NCBI GenBank assembly: GCA_963801355.1
Contig: CAWDEM010000004.1
Span: forward strand, 1,408,001-1,472,000
From: Ignavibacteriota bacterium
Lineage (GTDB): Bacteria; Bacteroidota; Ignavibacteria; UBA10030; UBA6906
Direction of reading: 5' to 3'
DNA: 64,000 nucleotides
A model generated the notes under the pieces. That model worked only from the letters and a program-made list of their open reading frames with translations, did no database searches and was not told the origin of the DNA. Within the stretch, counting starts at the first letter, position 1, and each line of letters opens with the position of its first letter. Below are positions 49,053 to 58,678 of this stretch, piece by piece. The position numbers were made by a program, and so were the translations under genes.

Positions 49053-50423
49053 TCAGCGCGGCCGGCCAACTGCGTTCTCCCATTCAGCCCGTGCGACGAG
49101 ATAGTCATAGATCGCCTGGGCGTAGTTTGTTTGCGTGCGTGTCATGGCAACCTGTGTGTCCATCAGCTCCAGCTGAGTTCCCACACCGCTCTTGAACCGT
49201 GTTTGTGCAATCTGAACGGCCTTCTGAGCCTGGCCGAGAGACTTCTCCTGTCCCTCGATACGTTTCTTTGCTTCCGCCATGCGCAATTCAAAGGACTGGA
49301 TCCGGAGCCGCAGGCCTTCTTCCGCCTTCTGCCGGGTCGTCACGATCTTCTGGTGGTCAATGATGGCTTCCTCGGTTCGCGCGCTCGCCCTGAATCCATC
49401 AAAAAGCGGGAATGAGAGCTTGAGGCCTACGTTGAATGAGTTGGCCCAGAGGTAGTCCTTGAACATGAACGTGTTGTCCTGGGATTGCCATTGATACGAA
49501 CCGGACAAATCCAGCGTGGGGTAGTGGGCAGCCCGTTCGATACTGATGTTCTTTTCAAGCAGGGATTCCTGAAGAGCAAGCTGGGCGATTGCAGAGTTGG
49601 TGGCGATGGCCTCACTCCGGCGCAGCTCAAGGACATCCTGCTGAACATCCTGATAGGTAAGATCTCCCTGCACATCGATGTCCTGGTCGAGCGGGAGAGC
49701 CAAAACGTTCTTCAGGCTGTTTTTGGCCAGCTCAAGTGAATTCTCCGCCGCGATATAGAGGGGTTCGGTGTTGGCGACCTGGACCTCGGCCCGCAGGAGG
49801 TCAAATTCAGCCGCCGTACCATTCTTGTACTGAGCGCGTACATTTTCATGGTTCGCGCGCACAACATCGAGTCCTTCGCGATTCGCACGCACTAGCTCAC
49901 GCATGAAGAGGGCGCCGTAAAATGCTTTTTTGGTCTGCAGCGCGACATCTTCCTGTGTCGTTTGGTAGGCACGTTCGACGTAGTCGGAGTACGTCGTGGC
50001 GATATCCATGGCGACGCCCACGCGCCAATTCAAGAGTGGCTGAGTGAGCGTGGCTCCCGCCTGGTAGGCGTTTGCCGATCCAAATTCAATCGTCATCGTT
50101 TTGGAAGTCGGATTGATAAGGCTGTTGGGGGGGACAAACATCACCGCGTTCTTGATATTCCGGGTGTACAGTGCGGAGACATTCAGCTGGGGGAAAGCCC
50201 CGGCGCGTGCCTCGGTAATCTGAGCTTCGGCCTTGAGACGATCCTGAGCCGCAACCTGAATGTCGCGATTCTGTTTGGCCGCGATTTCCAAAGCCTTGTC
50301 GAGCGTGATAACCATCGGCGTTCCGGCATTCTGCGGGTACACCGGAACGGCGGTCATGATCAAGAGTACAAGGACGGCACCTCCAACGGCAAAGCCGAAC
50401 AGGGCCGGACGGTGAGCATTCAT
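49053..50423 (-). CDS. TolC-family outer membrane factor
   Basis: Signal peptide, two OEP repeats, PLFDG, RFKSGVGTQLEL. Confidence 0.92.
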   Translation of the reverse strand: MNAHRPALFGFAVGGAVLVLLIMTAVPVYPQNAGTPMVITLDKALEIAAKQNRDIQVAAQDRLKAEAQITEARAGAFPQLNVSALYTRNIKNAVMFVPPNSLINPTSKTMTIEFGSANAYQAGATLTQPLLNWRVGVAMDIATTYSDYVERAYQTTQEDVALQTKKAFYGALFMRELVRANREGLDVVRANHENVRAQYKNGTAAEFDLLRAEVQVANTEPLYIAAENSLELAKNSLKNVLALPLDQDIDVQGDLTYQDVQQDVLELRRSEAIATNSAIAQLALQESLLEKNISIERAAHYPTLDLSGSYQWQSQDNTFMFKDYLWANSFNVGLKLSFPLFDGFRASARTEEAIIDHQKIVTTRQKAEEGLRLRIQSFELRMAEAKKRIEGQEKSLGQAQKAVQIAQTRFKSGVGTQLELMDTQVAMTRTQTNYAQAIYDYLVARAEWENAVGRPR

Positions 50424-50427
50424 GGGA

Positions 50428-51081
50428 CTATCCTCTGCTTTTTCTTTCTACGATACCATCCAGAAACACCGACGTAATAAGCTCAGCGGGCGCAGCGAAA
50501 TCGTCATCGGCGCGCGCACGATCAACCGTGAAGCGCTGAAAACAATATCCTCTCACCATGCCGTCAAAAAGGACAATGAGTTGCGTCGGATCGCTCTGGC
50601 GCAACGTGCCGGCGTCTATACTCTCTTTCAAAGATTCAGCCAGCACCTGCCACGAGCCGTGTGCGCGGTTCATCATTTCTCGCATCTTGGTGACGCTCGT
50701 GGGGCCATCGCTCCGGTGCAACTCATGATAGATGATGTGGAGCAACTCCCCGTTGGCCCTTACATAGGCGATCATTTTCCCGGCATAGCTGCGAAGCTTC
50801 TCCCTGATATCCCCCGGCGCGGACGCGGACTCTCGCGCGATAGCCAGAGTCTCTTCAACTGCTTGTTCGATTATGCCAAGAAAGATCTCGTCTTTGTTCG
50901 CGAAGTAGTTGTAGAGTGTGCCCTTGCCAAACTCCGCGTGGCGTGCGATTTCATCGAGGGTGGTCTCATGAAACCCCCTGGAAATAAAGAGTTCGCGCGC
51001 AGCCTTCAGGATTTCCTGTTGCCGGGTGCGCTTCTCCCGCTCTTTCCGGGATAGGGCTTCCTGTGTAGTGAGTTCGCTCAT
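50428..51081 (-). CDS. TetR/AcrR-family regulator
   Basis: ILKAARELFISRGFHETTLDEIARHAEFGKGTLYNYFANK helix-turn-helix. Confidence 0.95.
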   Translation of the reverse strand: MSELTTQEALSRKEREKRTRQQEILKAARELFISRGFHETTLDEIARHAEFGKGTLYNYFANKDEIFLGIIEQAVEETLAIARESASAPGDIREKLRSYAGKMIAYVRANGELLHIIYHELHRSDGPTSVTKMREMMNRAHGSWQVLAESLKESIDAGTLRQSDPTQLIVLFDGMVRGYCFQRFTVDRARADDDFAAPAELITSVFLDGIVERKSRG

Positions 51082-51102
51082 TCGTCCACCCAGTCCTAAA
51101 AT

Positions 51103-51166
51103 TGACTGTCGAGTAATCGTTATGACTAATGGGTCACAATATACAACGACCAGTCAGAGGAGTCAA
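51103..51166 (-). promoter_or_regulatory. Efflux operon promoter with a putative tandem TetR operator
   Basis: TTGACT (51166-51161), 17 nt, TATATT (51143-51138); TGAC-N6-GTCA at 51123-51136 and TGAC-N6-GTAA at 51103-51116. Confidence 0.65.
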
Positions 51167-51202
51167 GCTATTTCTTTCTCCGCTATGAAAAAAAGGTAAA
51201 GA

Positions 51203-51231
51203 TTGCAAAAAACGCATGTATTTGCTATACT
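51203..51231 (+). promoter_or_regulatory. Putative sigma70 promoter of the transporter genes
   Basis: TTGCAA (51203-51208), 17 nt, TATACT (51226-51231), with an extended -10 TG. Confidence 0.6.
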
Positions 51232-51329
51232 TTCGAAACGGTCCTCGGTGGCCCTGTTCCATCCGGAAGTCACTTCACCGCCACCCTGGCTCCCTCCCGG
51301 ATCATGTCTGCTCTCACACACAGGATTTC

Positions 51330-52649
51330 ATGGATATTCTCAGCCTTCTCCGCGGCCTTGGCGGACTCGTGTTTGTTACCGCCCTTGCGTTCGCCTTTTC
51401 CGGCAACCGTCGCAGTATTAACTGGCGTCTGGTAGTTGTCGGCATCCTTCTGCAGTTTGCCTTTGCCTTCCTTGTGCTGCAAACCACCATCGGCCGCGAC
51501 ATCTTCTTTCAGATCAGCCGTTTCTTTGTCCTCCTGTTCAGTTTTGCGGGCGAGGGCGCGCAGTTCGTGTTCGGCTCGCTGGCAAAAGGGCCCGGGGCCG
51601 AAGGGAGCATGGGTTTCTTCTTTGCATTCCAGGTGTTGCCGACAATCATCTTTTTCGCTTCCTTGATGGCCGTGCTGTATTTTCTCGGAATCATGCAGCG
51701 CATCGTTCAGGGAATGGCCTGGGTCATGGCACGCCTGATGCGTACGAGCGGTGCAGAGTCGCTGTGCGTTGCTGCCAATGTCTTCATCGGCCAGACAGAG
51801 GCGCCGCTGGTCATTCGCCCCTACATCGCCGGCATGACCCAATCGGAACTGCTGACCATCATGACCGGCGGTATGGCCCACATTTCCGGCGGCGTGCTCG
51901 CCGCCTACATGCAGATGCTGGGAGTGGCTTACGCGACCTGGCAGGGTGTGGCTCCCGGGCCTTCGCAGATCATGTTCGCGGGCCATTTGCTCGCAGCCAG
52001 CATCATGGCAGCACCGGCAACGATGGTCGTCGCCAAAATGCTCTATCCGGAGACGGAAATGCCTGCCACGCTGGGCACCGTGCGCGTGAAGATCGAGCGT
52101 GCGCATGCGAACATCATCGAAGCCGCCGCAGGCGGCGCAGGGGACGGGCTCCGGCTCGCGTTGAATGTGGCAGGCATGCTCCTCGCATTCATTGCGCTCA
52201 TCGCACTCCTGAATTTTCTGCTTAACGGTCTCGGTGACATTACCGGACTCAATGCACTGTGTGTGACGAGTTTCGGCAAACCCCTCTCCCTCGAACTCCT
52301 GTTCGGTCTCGTCTTCCAGTTCATCGCCGTTATTATCGGTGTCCCCTGGAAGGACGCGCTGAACGTCGGCTCATTGATGGGCATCAAGCTTGTCCTGAAT
52401 GAGTTCGTCGCATATATGCGGATGGCGGAACAGGTGGGAGCAGGTCTCCTCTCGCAGAAGGCGATAGTCATTGCCACATATTCCCTGTGCGGGTTTGCCA
52501 ACTTCTCTTCCATCGCCATCCAGATCGGCGGCATCAGTCCGCTGGCGGAAAACAGAAGGAGCGACATTGCGAAATTCGGACTCAAGGCGGTGCTGGGCGG
52601 CACGATTGCCACGTGGATGACCGCCTCCATTGCCGGCATACTCTCATAA
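51330..52649 (+). CDS. CNT-family nucleoside transporter (NupC-like)
   Basis: FAFQVLPTIIFF, NVFIGQTEAP, NEFVAY, LCGFANFSSIAIQIGG; start at ATG 51330. Confidence 0.93.
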   Translation: MDILSLLRGLGGLVFVTALAFAFSGNRRSINWRLVVVGILLQFAFAFLVLQTTIGRDIFFQISRFFVLLFSFAGEGAQFVFGSLAKGPGAEGSMGFFFAFQVLPTIIFFASLMAVLYFLGIMQRIVQGMAWVMARLMRTSGAESLCVAANVFIGQTEAPLVIRPYIAGMTQSELLTIMTGGMAHISGGVLAAYMQMLGVAYATWQGVAPGPSQIMFAGHLLAASIMAAPATMVVAKMLYPETEMPATLGTVRVKIERAHANIIEAAAGGAGDGLRLALNVAGMLLAFIALIALLNFLLNGLGDITGLNALCVTSFGKPLSLELLFGLVFQFIAVIIGVPWKDALNVGSLMGIKLVLNEFVAYMRMAEQVGAGLLSQKAIVIATYSLCGFANFSSIAIQIGGISPLAENRRSDIAKFGLKAVLGGTIATWMTASIAGILS

Positions 52650-52667
52650 ACCACACACGATGACACT

Positions 52668-54278
52668 ATGAACGATACCACTGCGCGCTACCGCTGGTTC
52701 ACGCTCGGAGACTTCAACGGCTTCTTCGGGTTGATGTTTGACAATCTTACCGTGCTCTCTTTTCTCGCGGGCATCCTGACATTTGCATTCGGCTTTCCGG
52801 CGGATATCGTGTTCACGCGCATGATTCCCGGCACGGCGTTCGGTGTTCTCTTCGGCGATCTGGTGTACACGTGGCTGGCGTTCCGTCTTGCGAAGAAGAC
52901 CGGCAACCGCACCGTCACCGCCATGCCCCTCGGATTGGATACACCCTCCACCATAGGCATCGCCCTCGTCGTTCTGGGGCCTGCCTTCCTCGACCTGAAG
53001 GCATCGGGGATGACGGAACGCGACGCGGCCATGATGACCTGGTATATCGGCATGGCGACGATGGTCATCATCGGGCTTGTGAAAGTCGTCTTTTCCTTCG
53101 TCGGACAATGGGTCCAGAAAATTGTGCCGCAAGCAGGCCTGCTCGGTTCCCTTGCGGGCATTGGTCTGGCTCTCATCGGCATGATCCCCCTCGTGGACGT
53201 ATTCGGCATCCCGCTCGTTGGGCTTGTGGCACTTGGAATCGTTCTGTACACGCTTGTTGCGGGGATCAAGCTGCCATGGAACAGCCCTGGCGTCCTGATA
53301 TCGGTGGTTATCGGCACGCTCCTATACTATGTTCTCGGGAACACCGGTCTGGTGGGTGGGACTTTTCCCGGGCTTCCCGTGGGCAACTTCCACTTCGGGC
53401 TGCCGATCCCCACACTCTCATTTCTGGATGGAATCGGACCGGCACTGAAATACCTTCCCATTGCTATTCCTTTCGGCATCCTGACCATTGTGGGAGGCAT
53501 CAATGTCACGGAGAGTGCGCGCGTTGCGGGAGACAATTTCAAGACCCGGGACATCCTCCTCACCGAGGCGGTAGCGACGCTCATCGCCGGCATCTGTGGC
53601 GGTGTCGCACAGTCCACCCCCTATATCGGCCAGCCTGCCTACAAGAGGATGGGTGCGCGGTCCGGGTACACGCTGCTTACGGGAATCTTTATCGGCCTCG
53701 GCGGAATGCTGGGCTATATATCGTTCATTATCGAGCTTATCCCCCGCGCGGTTCTGGCGCCAATACTCATTTTTGTCGCCCTTGATATTATTGTGCAGTC
53801 ATTCCAGGCCTGTCCGGCACGACATGCCCCTGCTGTGGCGCTGGCATTTTTCCCCACTGTTGCCCGTCTCCTGGCGATCAAGCTGGGCAATCCCGAAATG
53901 GTTCTGCCCGCCACTTTCGACAAGCTGATGAATGCGCCCGGGGGACCGCTGCCGGAACTGCTGGTGACCGTAGCTCTGGGCAACGGGTTCATCATCACGG
54001 CGATGCTCTGGGGTGCTTTCCTTGCCGAGATGATCAACCGCCGCATCCGGGTGTCTGCGGTATACCTCCTGGTCCTTGCCTGCCTCACGTTTTTCGGGGT
54101 CATTCATTCAGCGATGCCCGATGGCAGTATGTATTTCCCGTGGACACTGACCGGACTGGCGCAGCAAATTCCCTATCAATTCGCACTTGCGTATGCAGTT
54201 CTGGCAGTCCTCATGATATTTCTTTCATTTACACGCGAGGCCAAAGAACCAGCTCCCGAATCGGCTCACATGTCCTAG
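52668..54278 (+). CDS. NCS2/AzgA-like permease
   Basis: GDFNGFFGL..DN, TAMPLGLDTP, ESA..AGD, TPYIGQPAYK.MG.R.GY; many TM helices; substrate unknown. Confidence 0.7.
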   Translation: MNDTTARYRWFTLGDFNGFFGLMFDNLTVLSFLAGILTFAFGFPADIVFTRMIPGTAFGVLFGDLVYTWLAFRLAKKTGNRTVTAMPLGLDTPSTIGIALVVLGPAFLDLKASGMTERDAAMMTWYIGMATMVIIGLVKVVFSFVGQWVQKIVPQAGLLGSLAGIGLALIGMIPLVDVFGIPLVGLVALGIVLYTLVAGIKLPWNSPGVLISVVIGTLLYYVLGNTGLVGGTFPGLPVGNFHFGLPIPTLSFLDGIGPALKYLPIAIPFGILTIVGGINVTESARVAGDNFKTRDILLTEAVATLIAGICGGVAQSTPYIGQPAYKRMGARSGYTLLTGIFIGLGGMLGYISFIIELIPRAVLAPILIFVALDIIVQSFQACPARHAPAVALAFFPTVARLLAIKLGNPEMVLPATFDKLMNAPGGPLPELLVTVALGNGFIITAMLWGAFLAEMINRRIRVSAVYLLVLACLTFFGVIHSAMPDGSMYFPWTLTGLAQQIPYQFALAYAVLAVLMIFLSFTREAKEPAPESAHMS

Positions 54279-54302
54279 CACGGTCCCAGGGAGCGCGGTC
54301 CC

Positions 54303-54385
54303 GGGGTCAGACCCCATGCGCCACCTCATGCGCCAGGGGTCAGACCCCTATGACCACATCGTGCGCCAGGGGTCAGACCCCTATG
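54303..54385. repeat. Three 33-bp tandem units, each with the palindrome GGGGTC-A-GACCCC (REP-like)
   Basis: Core at 54303-54315, 54336-54348 and 54369-54381; exact 33-nt period. Confidence 0.85.
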
Positions 54386-54398
54386 GCCTCTATGACCT

Positions 54399-55862
54399 AT
54401 GAACATCACCCCTCCAGAGGGCTTTAGACGCGAATTGAGGGTTCTGGACGCCACCATGATCGTTGTCGGATCAATGATCGGCTCCGGGATCTTTATCGTG
54501 AGTGCTGATATCGCCCGCACAGTGGGTGGTGCGGGATACCTGCTGCTTGTCTGGCTCATCACCGGCGTGATCACCGTGGCCGGAGCCCTCTGCTACGGGG
54601 AGCTTGCGGGTATGTTCCCGAAGGCGGGCGGGCAATATCTGTTTCTCCGCGAGAGCTACAGTCCGTTCGTCGCCTTCCTTTATGGCTGGACATTCTTCGC
54701 CATAATTCAGACCGGGACAATTGCCGCCGTTGCTGTTGCCTTTGCCAAGTACACCGCCGTCCTTCTGCCGGGCCTCGGCACCACTCTCCTCGAGTACGGC
54801 ACCTTCCATGTCACAAGTGCGCAGGTGCTCGCAATCGCCAGCATCCTCACACTCACATTCATCAGCACACGGGGGATCCGCGGGGGGAAAATACTGCAGG
54901 ATGTCTTCACCTTTGCGAAGCTCGCTGCGCTGATCGGCGTCATTCTCATCGGCGTCATTGTCGGAAAGAACGCCGAGGCGATTGCCGCAAACCTGACCTC
55001 TTTCTGGAACGCCACATGGACGCATGTCGCAGCAGGAAACATCATCAGCATCGAGGCATTGTCGGGCATCGGCATACTCACCGCACTGGGCGCCGCGATG
55101 GTCGGGGCTCTGTTCTCCAGCGATGCCTGGAATAACATCACCTTTGCCGCAGCAGAAGTGGTTGAGCCACGAAAAACGATTCCGCTGAGCCTGGTCCTGG
55201 GGACGGGAGTCGTCGTTGTGCTCTATCTGTTTGCCAACCTCGCCTATCTCATGGTGTTGCCGGTGCAGGGGACACCGGGAGCCACGGAAATCGCCCGGCG
55301 GGGAATTCAGTTTGCGACGGAAGACCGTGTCGCGACGGCTGCCGCATCGTTGATATTCGGGGATACTGCGGCGTTGATCATGGCCGCGCTGATCATGGTA
55401 TCGACGTTCGGGTGCAACAACGGGTTGATCCTCGCGGGCGCGCGCGTATATTATGCGATGGCAAGGGATGGACTCTTTTTCCGGAGCGCGGGATCATTGA
55501 ACCGCCATGCGGTTCCCGCGACCGCCCTCTGGGTCCAGGCGTTCTGGGCGAGTCTGCTCTGCCTGTCGGGCACGTATGGCGATCTGCTGGACTACGTGAT
55601 CTTTGCGGTCCTGATCTTCTACATCCTCACAGTGGGGGGTATTTTTATATTGCGCCGGCGTCGCCCGGATGCGGACCGTCCATATCGGGTCTGGGCGTAT
55701 CCCGTTCTTCCCGTACTGTATATGTGCGCCGCGGCAGCCATCGCAGGGGATTTGCTGATTTTTAAACCCTCCTATACGATACCCGGAGTAGGCATCGTCC
55801 TTCTGGGTATCCCGGTCTACTTTGCCTGGCAGCGGTGGGGAAACCGTTTGCGCCGGACCTGA
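54399..55862 (+). CDS. APC-family amino acid permease
   Basis: VGSMIGSGIF, YGEL..MFPKAGGQY, SSDAWNN, RPYRVWAYP. Confidence 0.93.
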   Translation: MNITPPEGFRRELRVLDATMIVVGSMIGSGIFIVSADIARTVGGAGYLLLVWLITGVITVAGALCYGELAGMFPKAGGQYLFLRESYSPFVAFLYGWTFFAIIQTGTIAAVAVAFAKYTAVLLPGLGTTLLEYGTFHVTSAQVLAIASILTLTFISTRGIRGGKILQDVFTFAKLAALIGVILIGVIVGKNAEAIAANLTSFWNATWTHVAAGNIISIEALSGIGILTALGAAMVGALFSSDAWNNITFAAAEVVEPRKTIPLSLVLGTGVVVVLYLFANLAYLMVLPVQGTPGATEIARRGIQFATEDRVATAAASLIFGDTAALIMAALIMVSTFGCNNGLILAGARVYYAMARDGLFFRSAGSLNRHAVPATALWVQAFWASLLCLSGTYGDLLDYVIFAVLIFYILTVGGIFILRRRRPDADRPYRVWAYPVLPVLYMCAAAAIAGDLLIFKPSYTIPGVGIVLLGIPVYFAWQRWGNRLRRT

Positions 55863-55902
55863 AACTGCACCGGCGGCGGTTTCTGCACATGAGGAAGGCA
55901 CT

Positions 55903-57852
55903 CTATGCCTGACGGGCAGCGCTGCCCCGGCGTCGCCCGAGAACCCGTCTGATGATCCACAGCGCGACAGAGAGAAATGCCAGCACCAGGACCGCGGCGA
56001 TTGCCGCAAACCGGTTGGGGTTCTTCACGAGGTCGATCGGGTTCAACGAAGACTCAGCTCCGAACCGTCCTGCCGGAGCGCTGTACCGGCCGGGAATGTC
56101 CGGCGTGCCGGGGTGTTGCGGGGAGGAAAACGATTGGAGATAACGCAGGAGGGCCACCCAGGCCTTGAGTTCCTGCGTGCCGGGCTGAATTCCGTCTGCA
56201 TCGACAAAAGTCTCCTGCCAGTCGGCGATCATCGTGCCATCCCTCCTGCGGGGTTGGATGGTAATGAGCCCGCGACTGAGCGAAGATATTTCGCTGAGCA
56301 TGATACCGGAATAGAGACAAATGCAGACGCGATAAAGCTGATCGTCCACGATGGGATGGAGATTTCCGGTGGAGTCAATCACTTGCGCCTCTGTCACACG
56401 ATTGCAGGGAAGCCGGTAGGGGTTGTAGCGAAAGCGTACGCCGCCAATTTGCAGATGCGCATCTTCTTTCAATGCGGCAAGGGTGGTTTCGATCTCCAGG
56501 GTGTTCAGCAGGTCCGTGCCTGTGACATAAAACGTGATGAGCGGATACCCCGGCTGCTTGTCCGGGCCCAGGCCGAGTGAAAGAACCTGGAAGACATCCG
56601 CGACGGTGAGCGGGCCGCGGAGAAAAGACCCGCGGATCATGCCGATCGGGACTATCACTGCATCAATCGGAGGATCGCCGGCCGGGCCGACTTTCGTGGC
56701 CGCGTAGCGATACGCGTCGGCAACGAGATCGCCCAGGCCGGTTTCTCCGGGGTGTGCGTATGCGTACTCCAGCGGCTCAAAGTCAAAACCGGATTCCGCT
56801 ATCACCTGATTCTGCGTCAGGCCATAGCGTGCGGACAATGTGCTGTCAACGAGGGCGCCGAAAACCTTGATTGCTCCGGCAATTGCACTGTCTTCGGGCA
56901 GCGTAGAGTCGATAGGCATGAGCTCATAGTGTTCGAGGATTGGTCGTGCGGGAGGAGCAACCTGCACGTCCAGAACTCCCAGATGTGAGCCGAATGCACC
57001 TGCCGAGCAGATGATCGTTCTTCCCTCCAGCAGGGGCTTCTGTAGTATCCGGTGTGTGTGGCTGCTGATGATAACATCGATCCCGGGAACGCTGCGGGCA
57101 AGATCGATGTCGTTTTCTAGGGTCTGGGTCTCGGTCGTCCCCGTATGCGACAGGCAGAGCACTATATCAGCCTTTGCGGAGTCACGGAGCATTCGTACGG
57201 TGCGTCGTGCCGTACCGACGAGATCCTGGAATGATGCACCTTCGAGAAATGGTAGGTCTTCCGCTGCATCTTTCCCCATGAGTCCGAAGATTCCTACGCG
57301 CACACCTTTGCGTTCGATAACGGCCAGATGCCGCACGCCGTACCCCTCGAACGACCTCCTCAGTGAGTCATTGGCCTCTGTGAGAGCGCTGATGTCGAGA
57401 TTTGAGATGACGGCTTGCGGGAGGTGTGATCCCTTGGTGCGGGCGATGGTGAGATAGGCCGCAAGTCCCTCGAGGTGGAAGTCGAATTCGTGATTGCCGA
57501 AGGTGACAACATCGTACCCCATCGCACCCAACAGGCGGAGCTCGGGGCTTTCGGTGAGGTAGAGGGCGTTATACAACGTTCCCATAGTGAAATCGCCCCC
57601 GTCAACTATCACGGTGCCATCGGGGTCAATGGATGAGGAGTGTTTCAGAGCGGAGGCGAGCCGCGCAAATCCTCCCGACGACACATGTCGGCCGTCGGCG
57701 GCGAGGACCGTGTGCGGGGTAAGCGTCGAATGCAGGTCGTGGGTAAAGAGAATCCTCACCCGGACTTGTGGTCGGGCAGGTGTTGGAAGTATGAGTGTTG
57801 CGGCAGCAGCAACTACGAGTAAGCGCACGAACCCGGGGAAACGCATTCCCAC
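55903..57852 (-). CDS. 5'-nucleotidase / metallophosphoesterase with a signal peptide and C-terminal membrane anchor
   Basis: DLHS, DGGD, GNHEFD, LSHTG, SHTH; C-terminal TM helix followed by RRVLGRRR. Confidence 0.9.
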   Translation of the reverse strand: MGMRFPGFVRLLVVAAAATLILPTPARPQVRVRILFTHDLHSTLTPHTVLAADGRHVSSGGFARLASALKHSSSIDPDGTVIVDGGDFTMGTLYNALYLTESPELRLLGAMGYDVVTFGNHEFDFHLEGLAAYLTIARTKGSHLPQAVISNLDISALTEANDSLRRSFEGYGVRHLAVIERKGVRVGIFGLMGKDAAEDLPFLEGASFQDLVGTARRTVRMLRDSAKADIVLCLSHTGTTETQTLENDIDLARSVPGIDVIISSHTHRILQKPLLEGRTIICSAGAFGSHLGVLDVQVAPPARPILEHYELMPIDSTLPEDSAIAGAIKVFGALVDSTLSARYGLTQNQVIAESGFDFEPLEYAYAHPGETGLGDLVADAYRYAATKVGPAGDPPIDAVIVPIGMIRGSFLRGPLTVADVFQVLSLGLGPDKQPGYPLITFYVTGTDLLNTLEIETTLAALKEDAHLQIGGVRFRYNPYRLPCNRVTEAQVIDSTGNLHPIVDDQLYRVCICLYSGIMLSEISSLSRGLITIQPRRRDGTMIADWQETFVDADGIQPGTQELKAWVALLRYLQSFSSPQHPGTPDIPGRYSAPAGRFGAESSLNPIDLVKNPNRFAAIAAVLVLAFLSVALWIIRRVLGRRRGSAARQA

Positions 57853-58078
57853 TGAAGACCTTTCGCCCTATTGAATGGCGGGTGGATGCAGAGGCGATTC
57901 TGTCATTTCTCACCTCTTTGCGGTATGGCAAATGTAAGGAATATCGCCGTTGGATGCATTCTGTGGAAGCAACCGGTATGCTGATGTAATGGAGAGATGA
58001 AGGAAGGCCCCCACCCGGCCCTGAATCATGGATTTCAGATATCAGCACAGGATGGGGGGTGAGAATCGTCGGAACGGG

Positions 58079-58486
58079 CTACGCCTGCGGTGCCGGTGCA
58101 GGGGGTTGAATCACCGTTGCCTGTGTGTTCTGGAAGAGCGCGCGGGTTTCATCATTCATGAGGATCCAGATCGAGTACACGCCGATGGCTGTGCCAATGG
58201 GAATGTCGATGAGGCTCAGTATGCCTACAACCAGAGCCGTAATCCGGCCCCATTCGCGTCTCAAAAGCACGCCGATGCCAGCCAGAACGCATGGAATGGC
58301 GAGCGCGACGAGGAGGAGCATGAGTGCCGTGCCAATGAATCCAAGTACCCCGAGGGCTGTGCTATCGTCCGAAATAACTCCGACACCCGTCAGAAGCCCA
58401 AACAAGATAACACCGATGAGCAGAACCAGCGCGCCTCGCGCGATATGGAGTACGCCGAGAAGGGTGATGTGATTCTGTCGTGTCAT
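58079..58486 (-). CDS. Small integral membrane protein of unknown function
   Basis: 135 aa, 3-4 hydrophobic helices, WGR...IPIGTAIGVY motif; GAGG SD. Confidence 0.75.
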   Translation of the reverse strand: MTRQNHITLLGVLHIARGALVLLIGVILFGLLTGVGVISDDSTALGVLGFIGTALMLLLVALAIPCVLAGIGVLLRREWGRITALVVGILSLIDIPIGTAIGVYSIWILMNDETRALFQNTQATVIQPPAPAPQA

Positions 58487-58678
58487 GCCGAGCCTCGCCG
58501 ATTACCTGGAATGGGGGATTTGCAGTTCTCTCCTGCATCATTCTACGCGGATGAGTGAGGATAGTTACGTGTGCATAAGGCATAAATGCCCGGCAAAAAA
58601 AAATGGTGCATCCACAGGCTTGAACTTGGGGTGCTTCCATCGTACTTTTTGTGAACCACGATTCGCCAGGGAACGCAG

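Noticed and set aside
51238-51329. Purine or nucleoside riboswitch before the NupC-like gene
   Set aside because: I could not match the leader to any riboswitch consensus; an Rfam scan would settle it.
54303-54385. Mini CRISPR array
   Set aside because: The constant part is only 13-20 bp, the 20-bp linkers resemble each other, and there are no cas genes.
57990-58075. Structured RNA between the nucleotidase and the small membrane gene
   Set aside because: Only an imperfect nested hairpin (CCCCCA...TGGGGG around CTGAA...TTCAG), with no U-tract or known motif.
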